This document shows, in pieces, positions 9,930-19,695 of a DNA stretch of 64,000 bases. A model generated the notes under the pieces. That model made no database searches and was not told the DNA's origin. It saw nothing but the letters and a program-made list of their open reading frames with translations. Location: positions 9,474 through 73,473 of the forward strand of contig JBDRNZ010000012.1 in NCBI GenBank assembly GCA_043810515.1. Direction: 5' to 3'. The first letter of the stretch is position 1, and each line of letters opens with the position of its first letter. Source of the stretch: Candidatus Peregrinibacteria bacterium (GTDB taxonomy: Bacteria; Patescibacteriota; Gracilibacteria; UBA1369; LOWO2-01-FULL-3). A program made the translations under genes and the position numbers.

Positions 9930-10567
9930 TAGCTTATTTTCATTATTGGATCGAGTGCGATAACCGCTAGTTTTGCAACTTCTTCAATTGATGGTTCGCC
10001 GTCTATTTTTACCAGTTTGTTTGCGAAAAGTTCCATTGCAGGGACTGTTTCATTTCTAAATGCATCAATGCGTGTTTTTATGGCTTCCACGTTATCATCG
10101 GCTCGTGTTATCAGCTCGCCTCCACATTTTTCGCATGTGTCTTTTTCATATGCTGCCGGGTAGACGGTTTTGCATTTTCCGCAAAGTCTTCTTGTTGTGA
10201 GTCTGCGGAGTGCTGTTTCTTCTTTTATTTCAATAAGAACGGCTGTGTATGTGCGGTTGTGTTTGTCGAGAAGGGTTTTTAGCGTTTCTGCCTGATCAAC
10301 GCTTCTTGGAATTCCGTCAAAGAGAATAGATGAATTTTCCGGAAGATGATTCATGAAATCCTCAACCATATCCATTACAACTTCATTAGGTACAAGATGT
10401 CCGGCCTCAATGATTGATTTTATTTTTTTCCCAAGTTCCGAATCCTCCTGCGCCAGTTTTCTAAGCTGTCCTCCGGTTTCGAAAACTTTTAGATTGTATT
10501 TTTCGGCAACGGCAAGCCCGATAGTGCCTTTGCCCGCCCCCTGCATTCCAAAAAAAATCAGATCCAT
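9929..10567 (-). CDS. adk: Adenylate kinase (Zn-LID type)
   Basis: GMQGAGKGT P-loop, FDGIPR, LID CGKC...CEKC, RADD. Confidence 0.95.
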   Translation of the reverse strand: MDLIFFGMQGAGKGTIGLAVAEKYNLKVFETGGQLRKLAQEDSELGKKIKSIIEAGHLVPNEVVMDMVEDFMNHLPENSSILFDGIPRSVDQAETLKTLLDKHNRTYTAVLIEIKEETALRRLTTRRLCGKCKTVYPAAYEKDTCEKCGGELITRADDNVEAIKTRIDAFRNETVPAMELFANKLVKIDGEPSIEEVAKLAVIALDPIMKIS

Positions 10568-10600
10568 GGTAGAGATATTTAAATGGTATACACGAAAGTG

Positions 10601-10629
10601 ATTCTAGAGGCTTGTAGAGGGGATTGCAA
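10601..10629 (-). promoter_or_regulatory. Putative sigma70 promoter for adk-map
   Basis: Minus strand TTGCAA-N17-TAGAAT. Confidence 0.6.
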
Positions 10630-10641
10630 GGGGGGAATTAT

Positions 10642-11028
10642 CTATTCGCAGCATTCCTTTTCCGCTAGTGCTGAAAGTATGTTGTTGGTTGTTTCTCTTA
10701 TTATGCCACTTATAGGTTTTTTTCTAGGTTCTCTTTGAATTGTATTACTGGTTACATAGCCGTTATCAAATGCGATTATACCTATATGTTTTAGCAGATA
10801 GTATCTAAAATTTTTCCCGATAATAAAATCTAGCGTAAGCAGGCAATCTCTAATGTCCTCTTTTCTTTGAATTCCTGTTTCTATAACACTCAGGATTCTC
10901 AGAATTATATTTCTAACTTCTGAGGCATTGTCTGGCGTAAGGTCGTCTATTATTTTGTTTAACCATTGTGGCTGTGTCCTGTTACATTGCTCATGTGGCG
11001 TTAGGCGTTCTGCTGCGCTTGTTTTCAT
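10642..11028 (-). CDS. Hypothetical protein inserted between secY and adk
   Basis: 128-aa ORF from ATG 11028 (MKTSAAERL...), AT-rich, no recognised motif. The ORF-track TTG start at 11085 coincides with a TTGACA -35 box. Confidence 0.6.
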   Translation of the reverse strand: MKTSAAERLTPHEQCNRTQPQWLNKIIDDLTPDNASEVRNIILRILSVIETGIQRKEDIRDCLLTLDFIIGKNFRYYLLKHIGIIAFDNGYVTSNTIQREPRKKPISGIIRETTNNILSALAEKECCE

Positions 11029-11056
11029 ATAATTAATATTACGAAAAAAGGCGCTT

Positions 11057-11085
11057 AAATTAACATAAGGCTTAAGCTTTGTCAA
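11057..11085 (-). promoter_or_regulatory. Putative sigma70 promoter of the orphan gene
   Basis: TTGACA-N17-TAATTT. Confidence 0.55.
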
Positions 11086-11097
11086 CCTCCGTAGGTT

Positions 11098-12396
11098 TTA
11101 GTAGAACTTCTTGTAGTCGTGCATCACGAGGCTGCTGTTGACCTGACGGATAAGTTCGAGCACGACGCCGACTATGATGATTATTCCGGCTCCGGAGATA
11201 AGTAGGGGAATAGAGCCTACTCCGGTTGTGCGGAAGGCAAATTGTATGAGTATCGGCAGTATCGCTATTATTCCCAGGAAAGTTGCGCCAAATAAAGTAA
11301 GGCGGTTTGATACGTGCCCGAGATATTCGGAAGTCTGTGTTCCGGGCCTGATTCCGGGGATGTAGCCGCCTCTTTTTTGAATGTTTTCGGCAACCTGTTC
11401 AGGGTTGAATGTGATTGAAACGTAGAAAAAAGTGAATGCGACCACAAGGATAAAATATGTTATCAGGTACGTTATTGTGTTTGGCTGAAACATAGTTGTC
11501 ATTCTTTCACCGAGACTTTGAAGCCATCCAGATTGCGCGCTTGTGAAAAATTGTCCAAGAATTCCCGGAAAACTTATCAAAGCTACGGCGAAGATGATCG
11601 GGATCATTCCCGCCTGGTTTATCCTGATCGGTAAAAACGTCTGGTTGCTCCCTGCCTTTATGCCTCTGCCCGCATATGTTATCGGAACTCTTCTTTGCGC
11701 TTCATTGACCAGTATCACGATTGTTATAAGTATAATTGTGAGCAGAACGATTGCTATGAACGGGATGAGTTTGCTTTCATCGCCTTGTGCCAGAAATAGT
11801 CCCTGTCCCACCATTTGTGGAATTTGTGAGATTATGCTGGCGAAGATTATCATGGAAATTCCGTTTCCTATTCCTTTCTCGGTTATCTGTTCGCCGAGCC
11901 AGACCAGGAGGATTGTTCCCGCTGATATCGTAAGCATTATTGGGAGTACGACGCCTGGATTTGTTATGTCGCTTATAATTGGCACTGTCGCCTGAGAATT
12001 CAGCAAAACGATCATTCCATATGACTGCAGAAATGCCAGTGGCATAGTGAGCCATCTTGTGTATGAATTTATTTTTCTTCTTCCGCTTTCTCCTTCTTTT
12101 GAGAGATTTTCAAGTTTTGGAATAATTACCGTTAAAAGCTGTATTATGATTGAAGCGTTGATGTATGGGGAAATTCCCATCAAGACTATTGAAAAATTTT
12201 CCGTGTTTCCTCCGGTAAGCAGGCTGAACATCTCAAGCAGCTGATTTCTAGATGATAGTGCCTGCAGAGCTTCTGTATTTGCTCCCGGTACGGTTATATG
12301 CGCGATAAATCTGTAAAGAACGAGTATTCCCAGCGTGAAGAGAATTCTTTTTCTAAGATCTTTTGAATTCCAGATTTGTGTCAGGTAATTTGCCAT
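11098..12396 (-). CDS. secY: Preprotein translocase SecY
   Basis: GISPYINASIIIQLL, GIGNGISMIIF, AGMIPIIFA, GGYIPGIRPG; about 10 TM segments. Confidence 0.97.
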   Translation of the reverse strand: MANYLTQIWNSKDLRKRILFTLGILVLYRFIAHITVPGANTEALQALSSRNQLLEMFSLLTGGNTENFSIVLMGISPYINASIIIQLLTVIIPKLENLSKEGESGRRKINSYTRWLTMPLAFLQSYGMIVLLNSQATVPIISDITNPGVVLPIMLTISAGTILLVWLGEQITEKGIGNGISMIIFASIISQIPQMVGQGLFLAQGDESKLIPFIAIVLLTIILITIVILVNEAQRRVPITYAGRGIKAGSNQTFLPIRINQAGMIPIIFAVALISFPGILGQFFTSAQSGWLQSLGERMTTMFQPNTITYLITYFILVVAFTFFYVSITFNPEQVAENIQKRGGYIPGIRPGTQTSEYLGHVSNRLTLFGATFLGIIAILPILIQFAFRTTGVGSIPLLISGAGIIIIVGVVLELIRQVNSSLVMHDYKKFY

Positions 12397-12854
12397 TATT
12401 TCTTGTCTTTATTTGTTAGTTCGACTGTTCCTTTTTGGGCCTCAACTTTTACTATTGCTTCTTTTGAGGCTTTATCAATTTTTATTGTGAGTTTTTTTTC
12501 AAGATTACCTTTTCCTGCCAAAAGTTTTATCGGTGTGCGGGGTTTTGAAATAAGGTTTTTTTCGAGAAGCTCTTTGCGCCCGATTTCCGCATTGTCATCG
12601 AAAATATTGAGCTGGCCGATGTTTACGACCTGATATTCAATATGGTTTGGATTTTTAAATCCTTTTAGTTTTGGCATTTTTCTGAGGAAAGGAGTTTGTC
12701 CGCCTTCAAATCCGGGTTTTATGTTTCCTCCGGTGCGGGCCGTCTGGCCTTTTCCTCCCCGGCAACTGTAGGTTCCGCGTTTTGATCCGTTTCCGCGGCC
12801 GACTCTTTTTCGGCGTTTACGGCCTGCGGTACTTCTTAATTCAAGTAATGACAT
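12396..12854 (-). CDS. rplO: 50S ribosomal protein L15
   Basis: RVGRGNGS, GGKGQTAR, FEGGQTP. Confidence 0.96.
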   Translation of the reverse strand: MSLLELRSTAGRKRRKRVGRGNGSKRGTYSCRGGKGQTARTGGNIKPGFEGGQTPFLRKMPKLKGFKNPNHIEYQVVNIGQLNIFDDNAEIGRKELLEKNLISKPRTPIKLLAGKGNLEKKLTIKIDKASKEAIVKVEAQKGTVELTNKDKK

Positions 12855-12857
12855 GAT

Positions 12858-13436
12858 TTATAATTGTTTAGTTTTTTTTGCGGGGGTTTCCGGTGCGGGT
12901 GCGGTAGCGGCGACTGGTTTTTGCTGTGTCGCTTCCAGTTTTCTTCTGCTCATTCGTGGAGTGACACGAAGCTGTTTTAATGCTTCGTATGTAGCTTTTG
13001 TGTTATTTACCTTGTTTGTTGTTCCAAATGATTTGCTGAGTATGTCTTTTACGCCTGCGAGTTCCAGAACTTTACGTACAGTGCCTCCGGCTATTATTCC
13101 AGTACCTGGCGCAGCTGGCATTAAAAGGATATCGGATGCTTTTAGTTTAATTCTAATGTCGTGAGGAATAGTTGAGCCATCAAGCGGTATCGAAATCAGT
13201 CCTTTTTTGGCTTTTGCTATTGCTTTTTGAATTGCGCCTGTTACTTCGTTTGATTTTCCTATTCCTATTCCTATTTTTCCTTTTCGGTTTCCTATTGCGA
13301 CCGTTGCGCGGAATCTGAGTCTGCGTCCTCCTTTTACGACTTTTGTCACTCGATCTATTTCTATTACCTGTTCATCAAACTCTTTTGGTTCTCTTTTTTG
13401 AAATCTGGACGAGTTGTGTGGCTTTGGCATTGGCAT
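12858..13436 (-). CDS. rpsE: 30S ribosomal protein S5
   Basis: RVTKVVKGGRR, PAAPGTGIIAGG. ATG 13436 avoids overlap with rplR. Confidence 0.95.
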   Translation of the reverse strand: MPMPKPHNSSRFQKREPKEFDEQVIEIDRVTKVVKGGRRLRFRATVAIGNRKGKIGIGIGKSNEVTGAIQKAIAKAKKGLISIPLDGSTIPHDIRIKLKASDILLMPAAPGTGIIAGGTVRKVLELAGVKDILSKSFGTTNKVNNTKATYEALKQLRVTPRMSRRKLEATQQKPVAATAPAPETPAKKTKQL

Positions 13437-13446
13437 AAGTTGTTTT

Positions 13447-13794
13447 TTAGAATTGTAGGCCTCCTTCACGCGCGCCTTCGGCGATAGCTTTTGTGCGGCC
13501 GTGATATTTATATCCGTTTCTGTCGAATACGATTTTACTTATTTGTTTTTCCTGGGCTTTTTTCGCTATTTCCAGACCGATTTCATGGGCGCGGTCTGTT
13601 TTGCTGCCTTTTTCCTTGTTTTTTAAATCCGAACTTGAAGCCAGGACTTTTCCCGATTTATCATCTACCAGCTGTGCGTATGTGTACAGCAGGCTTTTGA
13701 ATACAACAAGTCTTGGTACTGTTTCCGTTCCAAGAACTTTGCTTCTTACTCTTAGGTGTCTTTTTTTTCTTTGAATTTCTTTGTTTATCGGCAT
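13447..13794 (-). CDS. rplR: 50S ribosomal protein L18
   Basis: PRLVVFKS, VFDRNGYKYHGR, AREGGLQF. Confidence 0.96.
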   Translation of the reverse strand: MPINKEIQRKKRHLRVRSKVLGTETVPRLVVFKSLLYTYAQLVDDKSGKVLASSSDLKNKEKGSKTDRAHEIGLEIAKKAQEKQISKIVFDRNGYKYHGRTKAIAEGAREGGLQF

Positions 13795-13816
13795 TTTTAA
13801 ATTTTAGATTATTATT

Positions 13817-14380
13817 TTAGCTTCCGGAGCCGCCTGTTGCTGCCGCGGTTTTTCCTGATTTGCGAACTATCTGTTCGTCGATATATTTTATTCCTTTTCC
13901 TTTGTATGGTTCCGGTTTTCTGTACGATCTGACTTTTGCTGCGGCTTCGCCGACTGTTTGTTTGTCTATTCCTTTCACTGTGATTATATTTTTCTTCTCT
14001 TTGTCCATTTCAAATTCTATGCCCTGATCTGCTGTGTATTCAATCGGATGCGAATAGCCGAGGTTTAAAGTTATCTTGTTTTTGTTTACCTGGGCTCTGT
14101 ATCCGACTCCGACTATTTCCAGTTTTTTCTCGAATCCTTTTGTCGTGCCCTCGACCATGTTCGCTATTATGCTTCTCGTAAGGCCGTGCAGGGATTTCGA
14201 TTCCTTAAGGTCGTCCGGTCTTGTCGTTATAATTTCGTTGTCTTTTACCTCTATTTTTATTCTTGGATCAAATGTTTTTTTAAGCTCTCCTTTTGAGCCC
14301 TTTATCGTTATAGTGGACTCTTTTATTTCAACAGTGACTCCTGATGGTATCTTTACTGATTGTTTTCCTATTCGTGACAT
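13817..14380 (-). CDS. rplF: 50S ribosomal protein L6
   Basis: MSRIGKQ (start 14380), GVGYRA, PEPYKGKGIKY. Confidence 0.96.
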   Translation of the reverse strand: MSRIGKQSVKIPSGVTVEIKESTITIKGSKGELKKTFDPRIKIEVKDNEIITTRPDDLKESKSLHGLTRSIIANMVEGTTKGFEKKLEIVGVGYRAQVNKNKITLNLGYSHPIEYTADQGIEFEMDKEKKNIITVKGIDKQTVGEAAAKVRSYRKPEPYKGKGIKYIDEQIVRKSGKTAAATGGSGS

Positions 14381-14390
14381 TTTTTGAATG

Positions 14391-14777
14391 TTAGTATATT
14401 TCGCATATAAGTTCTCCTCCAAGATTTTGTTTTTTTGCTTCCAGGTTTGTCATTACGCCTTTTGATGTTGATATTATTGATATTCCCAGACCGCTTTTTA
14501 TAGATTTGATTTCGTGGCCTTTGATATATATTCTCTGGCCGGGTGAGCTGATTCTTTTGAGTGTTATCTTCGAATTGTCTTCTTTCAATGTTATTTCAAG
14601 AGTCTTGAAACCGCTTTTTTCTTCGTTTACCTCATACTGTTCGACAAATCCTTTCTCTTTCATTGCTTTTATTATATTTTCCTTAAGTTTTGAATAAGGA
14701 ATATTTGTCTTCTGGTGATGAGCTCTTGAAGCATTTCTGATTCTTGTCAGCAAATCTGCTATTGGATCTGTATTCAT
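14391..14777 (-). CDS. rpsH: 30S ribosomal protein S8
   Basis: DPIADLLTRIRNA, SSPGQRIY, STSKGVMT, GGELIC. Confidence 0.97.
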   Translation of the reverse strand: MNTDPIADLLTRIRNASRAHHQKTNIPYSKLKENIIKAMKEKGFVEQYEVNEEKSGFKTLEITLKEDNSKITLKRISSPGQRIYIKGHEIKSIKSGLGISIISTSKGVMTNLEAKKQNLGGELICEIY

Positions 14778-14799
14778 GATTGGTTTAATTGATTAAATT

Positions 14800-15024
14800 T
14801 TACCAGGATGATTTCGTAACGCCCATTATTTTTCCGTCGCGGGCCAGTTCTCTGAAACATATTCGACAGATGCCGAATTTTCTCATGTATCCACCCTGTC
14901 TTCCGCAATTTTCACATCGGTTGTATACGCGTGTCGGGAATTTTATCTTTTTGCCTGAAGCGTGCTGCATTGCAGCTTTTTCTTTTCCTTTTCTTGTTTT
15001 ATTGCGTAGTGCTTTTCTTGCCAT
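14800..15024 (-). CDS. rpsN: 30S ribosomal protein S14, Zn-binding type
   Basis: RCENCGR...GICRICFRE...GVTKSSW. Confidence 0.95.
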   Translation of the reverse strand: MARKALRNKTRKGKEKAAMQHASGKKIKFPTRVYNRCENCGRQGGYMRKFGICRICFRELARDGKIMGVTKSSW

Positions 15025-15029
15025 TTTTG

Positions 15030-15587
15030 TTATTTAACTTGTTTAAATGGAAATCCTATTGCTTTTAAAAGTGCGCGCCCTTCCTCGTTATTTTCTGCGC
15101 TTGTGATTATGCTAATCTGCAGTCCGTGAATTTTCATAACGTCATCCGGGCTTATTTCCGGGAATACCGTGTGCTCTTTGAATCCTACTGAGTAATTTCC
15201 TTTTCCGTCGAATGATTTTGGCGAAAGTCCTCTAAAATCTCTTACGCGAGGGAATACTATGTTTACCAGCTTTGTAAGGAAATCGTACATTCTTTTTCCT
15301 CTGAGGGTGACGGTTATTCCGATTTCTTCTCCCTGTCTTATTTTAAAGTTCGATATTGCTTTTTTTGATTTTGTGATCACCGGTTTTTGTCCGCTTATTT
15401 TCGTGATGCTTTCAACGATGCCTGAGTAATCTTTGTTGTGTGATTTTATGTATGTTCCTATTCCGGTATTTATCTTTATCTTTACGATTTTGGGTATGGC
15501 CATGTCACTCTTTATTCCCAAAGTTTTTTTAAGTTCCGGTGCGATTTCTTTTTTAAGCCTTGTTTGTAGATCTGATGTCTTCGTCAT
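15030..15587 (-). CDS. rplE: 50S ribosomal protein L5
   Basis: [30 protein letters not shown]. Confidence 0.97.
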   Translation of the reverse strand: MTKTSDLQTRLKKEIAPELKKTLGIKSDMAIPKIVKIKINTGIGTYIKSHNKDYSGIVESITKISGQKPVITKSKKAISNFKIRQGEEIGITVTLRGKRMYDFLTKLVNIVFPRVRDFRGLSPKSFDGKGNYSVGFKEHTVFPEISPDDVMKIHGLQISIITSAENNEEGRALLKAIGFPFKQVK

Positions 15588-15599
15588 TTTTTAATTATT

Positions 15600-15920
15600 T
15601 TAACTTTTGGATATATCCAGATTTTCCTTGCATTTTTTGCATATACGGTGCTTTTTTCCGTTTGCCAGTTTTTTGTATCCAACTCTTGTAGGTTTTTGGC
15701 AATTTGTACATATCATCATTATGTTTGAAGCGTCCATTGGAGCGGAGAATTGGATTTTTTCACCCGCTTTTTCCGCTGTTTTTTTGACGTATTTTGTGCG
15801 CAGATTAAGTTTATCGATCACGACCTTTTTTTGTTCGCTAAGAATTTTTATTATATGGCCTTTTTTCCCTTTGTCTTTGCCTGCGATGACGACTACATTG
15901 TCGTTTAGTTTTACTCTCAT
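15600..15920 (-). CDS. rplX: 50S ribosomal protein L24
   Basis: KOW motif VVIAGKDKGKKG, PTRVGY. Confidence 0.95.
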   Translation of the reverse strand: MRVKLNDNVVVIAGKDKGKKGHIIKILSEQKKVVIDKLNLRTKYVKKTAEKAGEKIQFSAPMDASNIMMICTNCQKPTRVGYKKLANGKKHRICKKCKENLDISKS

Positions 15921-15922
15921 AT

Positions 15923-16291
15923 TTATAATACTTCAGGTGCTAGTGAAATAATTTTCTGGAATCCTCGTTCGCGCAATTCTCTTGCTACCGGTCCAAATAC
16001 GCGTGTTCCTTTCGGTTGTCCGTCCTTATCTATTATAACAACAGCATTTTCATCAAATCTTATATATGAACCGTCTTTTCTGCCGATTTCTTTTCTCTGA
16101 CGTACGATAACGGCTCTTTCAACTGCTTTTTTCTTTACCATGCCTTTTGGATTTGCCTCTTTTACGGCTACGACTATGGTGTCTCCGATTGAGGCGTATC
16201 GTCTGCGTGATCCGCCGAGCACTTTTATACATTCGACCATTTTGGCCCCGGTATTGTCGGCTACCTTTAATTTAGTTTTGTCTTGTATCAT
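15923..16291 (-). CDS. rplN: 50S ribosomal protein L14
   Basis: [34 protein letters not shown]. Confidence 0.98.
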   Translation of the reverse strand: MIQDKTKLKVADNTGAKMVECIKVLGGSRRRYASIGDTIVVAVKEANPKGMVKKKAVERAVIVRQRKEIGRKDGSYIRFDENAVVIIDKDGQPKGTRVFGPVARELRERGFQKIISLAPEVL

Positions 16292-16524
16292 GATTTTTTA
16301 GGCTTTATTAGCGTCCATCTTTTTAGTCTGCTCAACGGTTTTGTTTCGTAAAAAGTTATTTCGTCTCCTATTTCAAATTTTTTATTTTCGGGATTATCGA
16401 TATGGTATTTCTTTGAAACTCTGTATCTTTTCTTGTATTTCGGATGGTTTTTGTAGGAATGAACGGTGGCAACCACTGTTTTTTCCTGCTTGTTGCTGGT
16501 TATTATTCCTTTTTTTGATCTCAT
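16288..16524 (-). CDS. rpsQ: 30S ribosomal protein S17
   Basis: [21 protein letters not shown]; operon position. Confidence 0.94.
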   Translation of the reverse strand: MRSKKGIITSNKQEKTVVATVHSYKNHPKYKKRYRVSKKYHIDNPENKKFEIGDEITFYETKPLSRLKRWTLIKPKKS

Positions 16525-16706
16525 TTCGCGTTAATTAATGTTTTTATTCTTGCAACCTGTTTTCTGTTATTTTTTATCTGGTGGTTGTTTTTTGACTGTC
16601 CGTTTTTTATGTCGAATTTTGCTTTGAAAAGCTCTCTTGCAGTTTCCGAAAGTTCATCTTTCAGTTTTTCCGGACTCATTTTTTTTAATTCTTCTAATGT
16701 TTTCAT
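16521..16706 (-). CDS. rpmC: 50S ribosomal protein L29
   Basis: 61 aa, RKQVARIKT; lies between rplP and rpsQ. Confidence 0.92.
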   Translation of the reverse strand: MKTLEELKKMSPEKLKDELSETARELFKAKFDIKNGQSKNNHQIKNNRKQVARIKTLINAK

Positions 16707-16708
16707 AT

Positions 16709-17128
16709 TTATTGTTCTTGTGAATTTACAAATCTACATTTTAACGGCAGTTTGAATGCGGCGAGTTTCATAGCTTCTTTTGCGGCTTCCGGAGACACTC
16801 CCTCCATTTCAAACAGAACCATTCCCGGTTTTATTACCGCCACAAAGTGGTCCGGCGCTCCTTTTCCGCTTCCCATCGGTACTTCAGATGCTTTTCTTGT
16901 AACTGCTTTGTGTGGGAATATATTTATCCATATTTTTCCTCCTCGTTTAATATATCTTGTCATCGTACGTCTTGCCGCTTCTATCTGCCGCGATGTTAAC
17001 TCGCCGGCGGCCTGGGATTTCAGCCCGAACGTTCCGAAACTTATCTTAGTTGCTCTCGTGGCAACCCCTTTAAGGGCAGATCTTCCTCTAAATTCTTTCC
17101 TGTGTTTTTGCTTCTTTGGTTGTAACAT
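16709..17128 (-). CDS. rplP: 50S ribosomal protein L16
   Basis: MLQPKK, QIEAARR, PMGSGKG, KLP. Confidence 0.97.
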   Translation of the reverse strand: MLQPKKQKHRKEFRGRSALKGVATRATKISFGTFGLKSQAAGELTSRQIEAARRTMTRYIKRGGKIWINIFPHKAVTRKASEVPMGSGKGAPDHFVAVIKPGMVLFEMEGVSPEAAKEAMKLAAFKLPLKCRFVNSQEQ

Positions 17129-17152
17129 GTTTTTTCAGGCCCTGTGCCGGGC

Positions 17153-17833
17153 TTAGGTTTGTTTAATTTCTTCTATCTGCTGGGCCAGGTTTGCGGCCAG
17201 ATCTTTTTTAAATATTTCTCCTTTGTAAATCCATACTTTTACTCCTATTTTTCCATATGTCGTGTATGCGGGCAGCGATGCGTAATCTATGTCGGCTCTG
17301 AATGTATGTAACGGGATTTTTCCTTTTGTAAAGAATTCGTTTCGTGAGATTTCAACTCCGTTAAGTCTTCCTCCAAGATATATTTTCGCTCCTATTGCTC
17401 CGGCTTCCATTATTTTTTCAATCGCCATTTTTGCCGCTCTTCTGTAGGAAATTCGTTTTTCAACCTGTCTCGCGATGCTTTCTGCGACGATTTGCGCGTC
17501 GAGCATTGGTTTTTTGATCTCTTTTATGTTAATTGCGAACGTTTCTTTGAATTGTTTTGAGAGTAGATCTTTCAGCTTTTCTATGACTTCTCCTCCTCTT
17601 CCTATTATCAGTCCCGGTTTTGAAGTGTGAATGTTGATTATCACTTTTCCCTGAGTTCTCATTATTTCTATCTTTGCCACTCCTTCAGCTTCAAGTTTCT
17701 GTCTTATTAATTTTTCAATGGCGAGGTCCTGATGGAACAGTGTTTTGTACATACCTTTTCTCGCGTACCATTTTGAGTCCCAATCACGGGTTATTCCCAG
17801 TCTTATTACTTTTGGATTTACCTTCTGTCCCAT
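17153..17833 (-). CDS. rpsC: 30S ribosomal protein S3
   Basis: MGQKVNP, PGLIIGRGG, PLHTFRADIDY, YGKIGVKVWI. Confidence 0.98.
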   Translation of the reverse strand: MGQKVNPKVIRLGITRDWDSKWYARKGMYKTLFHQDLAIEKLIRQKLEAEGVAKIEIMRTQGKVIINIHTSKPGLIIGRGGEVIEKLKDLLSKQFKETFAINIKEIKKPMLDAQIVAESIARQVEKRISYRRAAKMAIEKIMEAGAIGAKIYLGGRLNGVEISRNEFFTKGKIPLHTFRADIDYASLPAYTTYGKIGVKVWIYKGEIFKKDLAANLAQQIEEIKQT

Positions 17834-17844
17834 TAAAATTATGG

Positions 17845-18234
17845 TTATTTGGTTGTTTTTACTTTTTTCGTAACTTTCGCTTCGGTCTCGGTTTTGTCAT
17901 TCTCCTTTTTCTGATTCTCAAGTTTTACTGTTATGTGTGCGGTTCTTTTGAGAATGGGATGAACTCGTCCTCTCGATACAGATACTCCTCTTTTGTAAGT
18001 GGGGCCTTTCGTTACCAGAATTTCTTTTATTATAAGGTCTTCTCTTTGTTGTTTAAAATTATTTTCTGCATTTGCCACAGCTGATTCTATGAGTTTTTTT
18101 AGCGGTCTGGCGCTGGCTTTTGGCGTGAATTTAAGAATGTTTATCGCATCAATGACTTTCTTGTTTCGAACGAGCGCCGCAACCAGATTTGCTTTTTCCG
18201 GCGAGATTCTGATTTTTCTTAGTATTGCTTTCAT
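17845..18234 (-). CDS. rplV: 50S ribosomal protein L22
   Basis: RISPEKA, SAVANAENN, KRTAHITV; charged C-terminal tail. Confidence 0.96.
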   Translation of the reverse strand: MKAILRKIRISPEKANLVAALVRNKKVIDAINILKFTPKASARPLKKLIESAVANAENNFKQQREDLIIKEILVTKGPTYKRGVSVSRGRVHPILKRTAHITVKLENQKKENDKTETEAKVTKKVKTTK

Positions 18235-18266
18235 CGGTAATATTTTCGATTAATTTTTTAATGCGG

Positions 18267-18545
18267 TTACTCTGTTGATTTTGCGAGTTTACCTCCATGG
18301 ACTCTGAATATCTTTGTTGGTGAGAATTCACCGAGTTTATGTCCTACCATATTTTCCGTTACAAATACAGGTATAAACTGTTTTCCGTTGTGCACTGCGA
18401 ATGTGTGTCCCACGAAATCCGGTGCTATGTCGCAGTCTCTTGACCATGTTTTTATCGGCTTCTTTTGTCCCGTTTCGTTCATTCTTTCCACTTTTTTCAG
18501 CAGTTTCGGGTCGAGATACGGTCCTTTTTTTGAACTTCTAGCCAT
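18267..18545 (-). CDS. rpsS: 30S ribosomal protein S19
   Basis: [29 protein letters not shown]. Confidence 0.98.
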   Translation of the reverse strand: MARSSKKGPYLDPKLLKKVERMNETGQKKPIKTWSRDCDIAPDFVGHTFAVHNGKQFIPVFVTENMVGHKLGEFSPTKIFRVHGGKLAKSTE

Positions 18546-18553
18546 ATTAAGTG

Positions 18554-19393
18554 TTATTTATTTTTACGTCTGCGGTCTTTTATAATCATTTTGTCTGTAT
18601 AGTGTCTTCTTCTGGTTTTAAATCCGAGTGTTGGCATTCCCCATGGTGTTTTTGGAGATTTCAGACCTATCGGGTTGCATCCCTCTCCTCCTCCATGCGG
18701 GTGATCACATGGATTCATCACTTTTCCTCTTACATGCGGGCGTCGTCCCATGTGTCTTTTTCTTCCCGCTTTTCCTATTTTTACGTTATTATGCTCGATA
18801 TTACTGACTATTCCTATAGTTGCGTAGCAGTCTTTTTCCACAAGCCTCACTTCTCCCGATGGCATTTGTATCTGCGCATGTTTTCCTTCAAGCGATACGA
18901 GTTTTATGATTGATCCTGCGCTTCTTCCGAACTGTCCTCCTTTACCTTTTTTCAATTCAACGTTGTATATATTGTAACCGATTGGAATATATTTTATTTT
19001 CATTCTGTTGCCTCTTTTTATTTTGGCTTTTTCTCCGGTAATTATTTTGTCTCCGACTTTTATTCCGTCCGGCGCTATATGATACTTTTTTTCGCCGTCT
19101 TTATATTGTATGAGTGTTATGTATGCCGATCTATTTGGATCGTATTCGATGGATTTTACTTTTCCTTCTATATTTAGCTTATCCGTGCCTTTAAAATCAA
19201 TTTGTCTATATCTTTTCCTGACTCCTCCACCTCTGTGCCTGACAGTTATGCTGCCGCTATTATTCCTTCCGGAATGCTTTTTTTTCGGTCGGGTGAGCGC
19301 TTTTTCGGGTTTGCTTCTTGTTACCTCTTCAAAGGAGGCTACGCTCATCTGTCTTAATCCGGGAGTTACTGGTTTGAATTTTTTTAACGTCAT
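18554..19393 (-). CDS. rplB: 50S ribosomal protein L2
   Basis: [32 protein letters not shown]. Confidence 0.98.
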   Translation of the reverse strand: MTLKKFKPVTPGLRQMSVASFEEVTRSKPEKALTRPKKKHSGRNNSGSITVRHRGGGVRKRYRQIDFKGTDKLNIEGKVKSIEYDPNRSAYITLIQYKDGEKKYHIAPDGIKVGDKIITGEKAKIKRGNRMKIKYIPIGYNIYNVELKKGKGGQFGRSAGSIIKLVSLEGKHAQIQMPSGEVRLVEKDCYATIGIVSNIEHNNVKIGKAGRKRHMGRRPHVRGKVMNPCDHPHGGGEGCNPIGLKSPKTPWGMPTLGFKTRRRHYTDKMIIKDRRRKNK

Positions 19394-19695
19394 TATTTCT
19401 TGGGTTCTTTTATCTTATTCGGATCAATGGTTTTCTTGCCTTTTAAGGTAACGACTGCTTTTTTCATAACCCGTCTTTTTGTCCATACTCTGCCTTTCGC
19501 GAGCAATCTTTTCTTCTTCGGGGATATAATTATTTTTACTGTGTCCGCGTCGACTCCGTAGAGAAGTTTGATTGCTTTCTTTATAGATATTTTTGTCGAA
19601 TCTCTCCTGACTTCAAATGTGTATTGTCCATCGGCCTGTTTGTTTGAGGCTTTTTCTGTGACTATCGTTCTTATTATAGGGTTTGCGTGAATCAT
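19393..19695 (-). CDS. rplW: 50S ribosomal protein L23
   Basis: IVTEKA, YTFEV, KKAVVTL; operon position. Confidence 0.93.
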   Translation of the reverse strand: MIHANPIIRTIVTEKASNKQADGQYTFEVRRDSTKISIKKAIKLLYGVDADTVKIIISPKKKRLLAKGRVWTKRRVMKKAVVTLKGKKTIDPNKIKEPKK

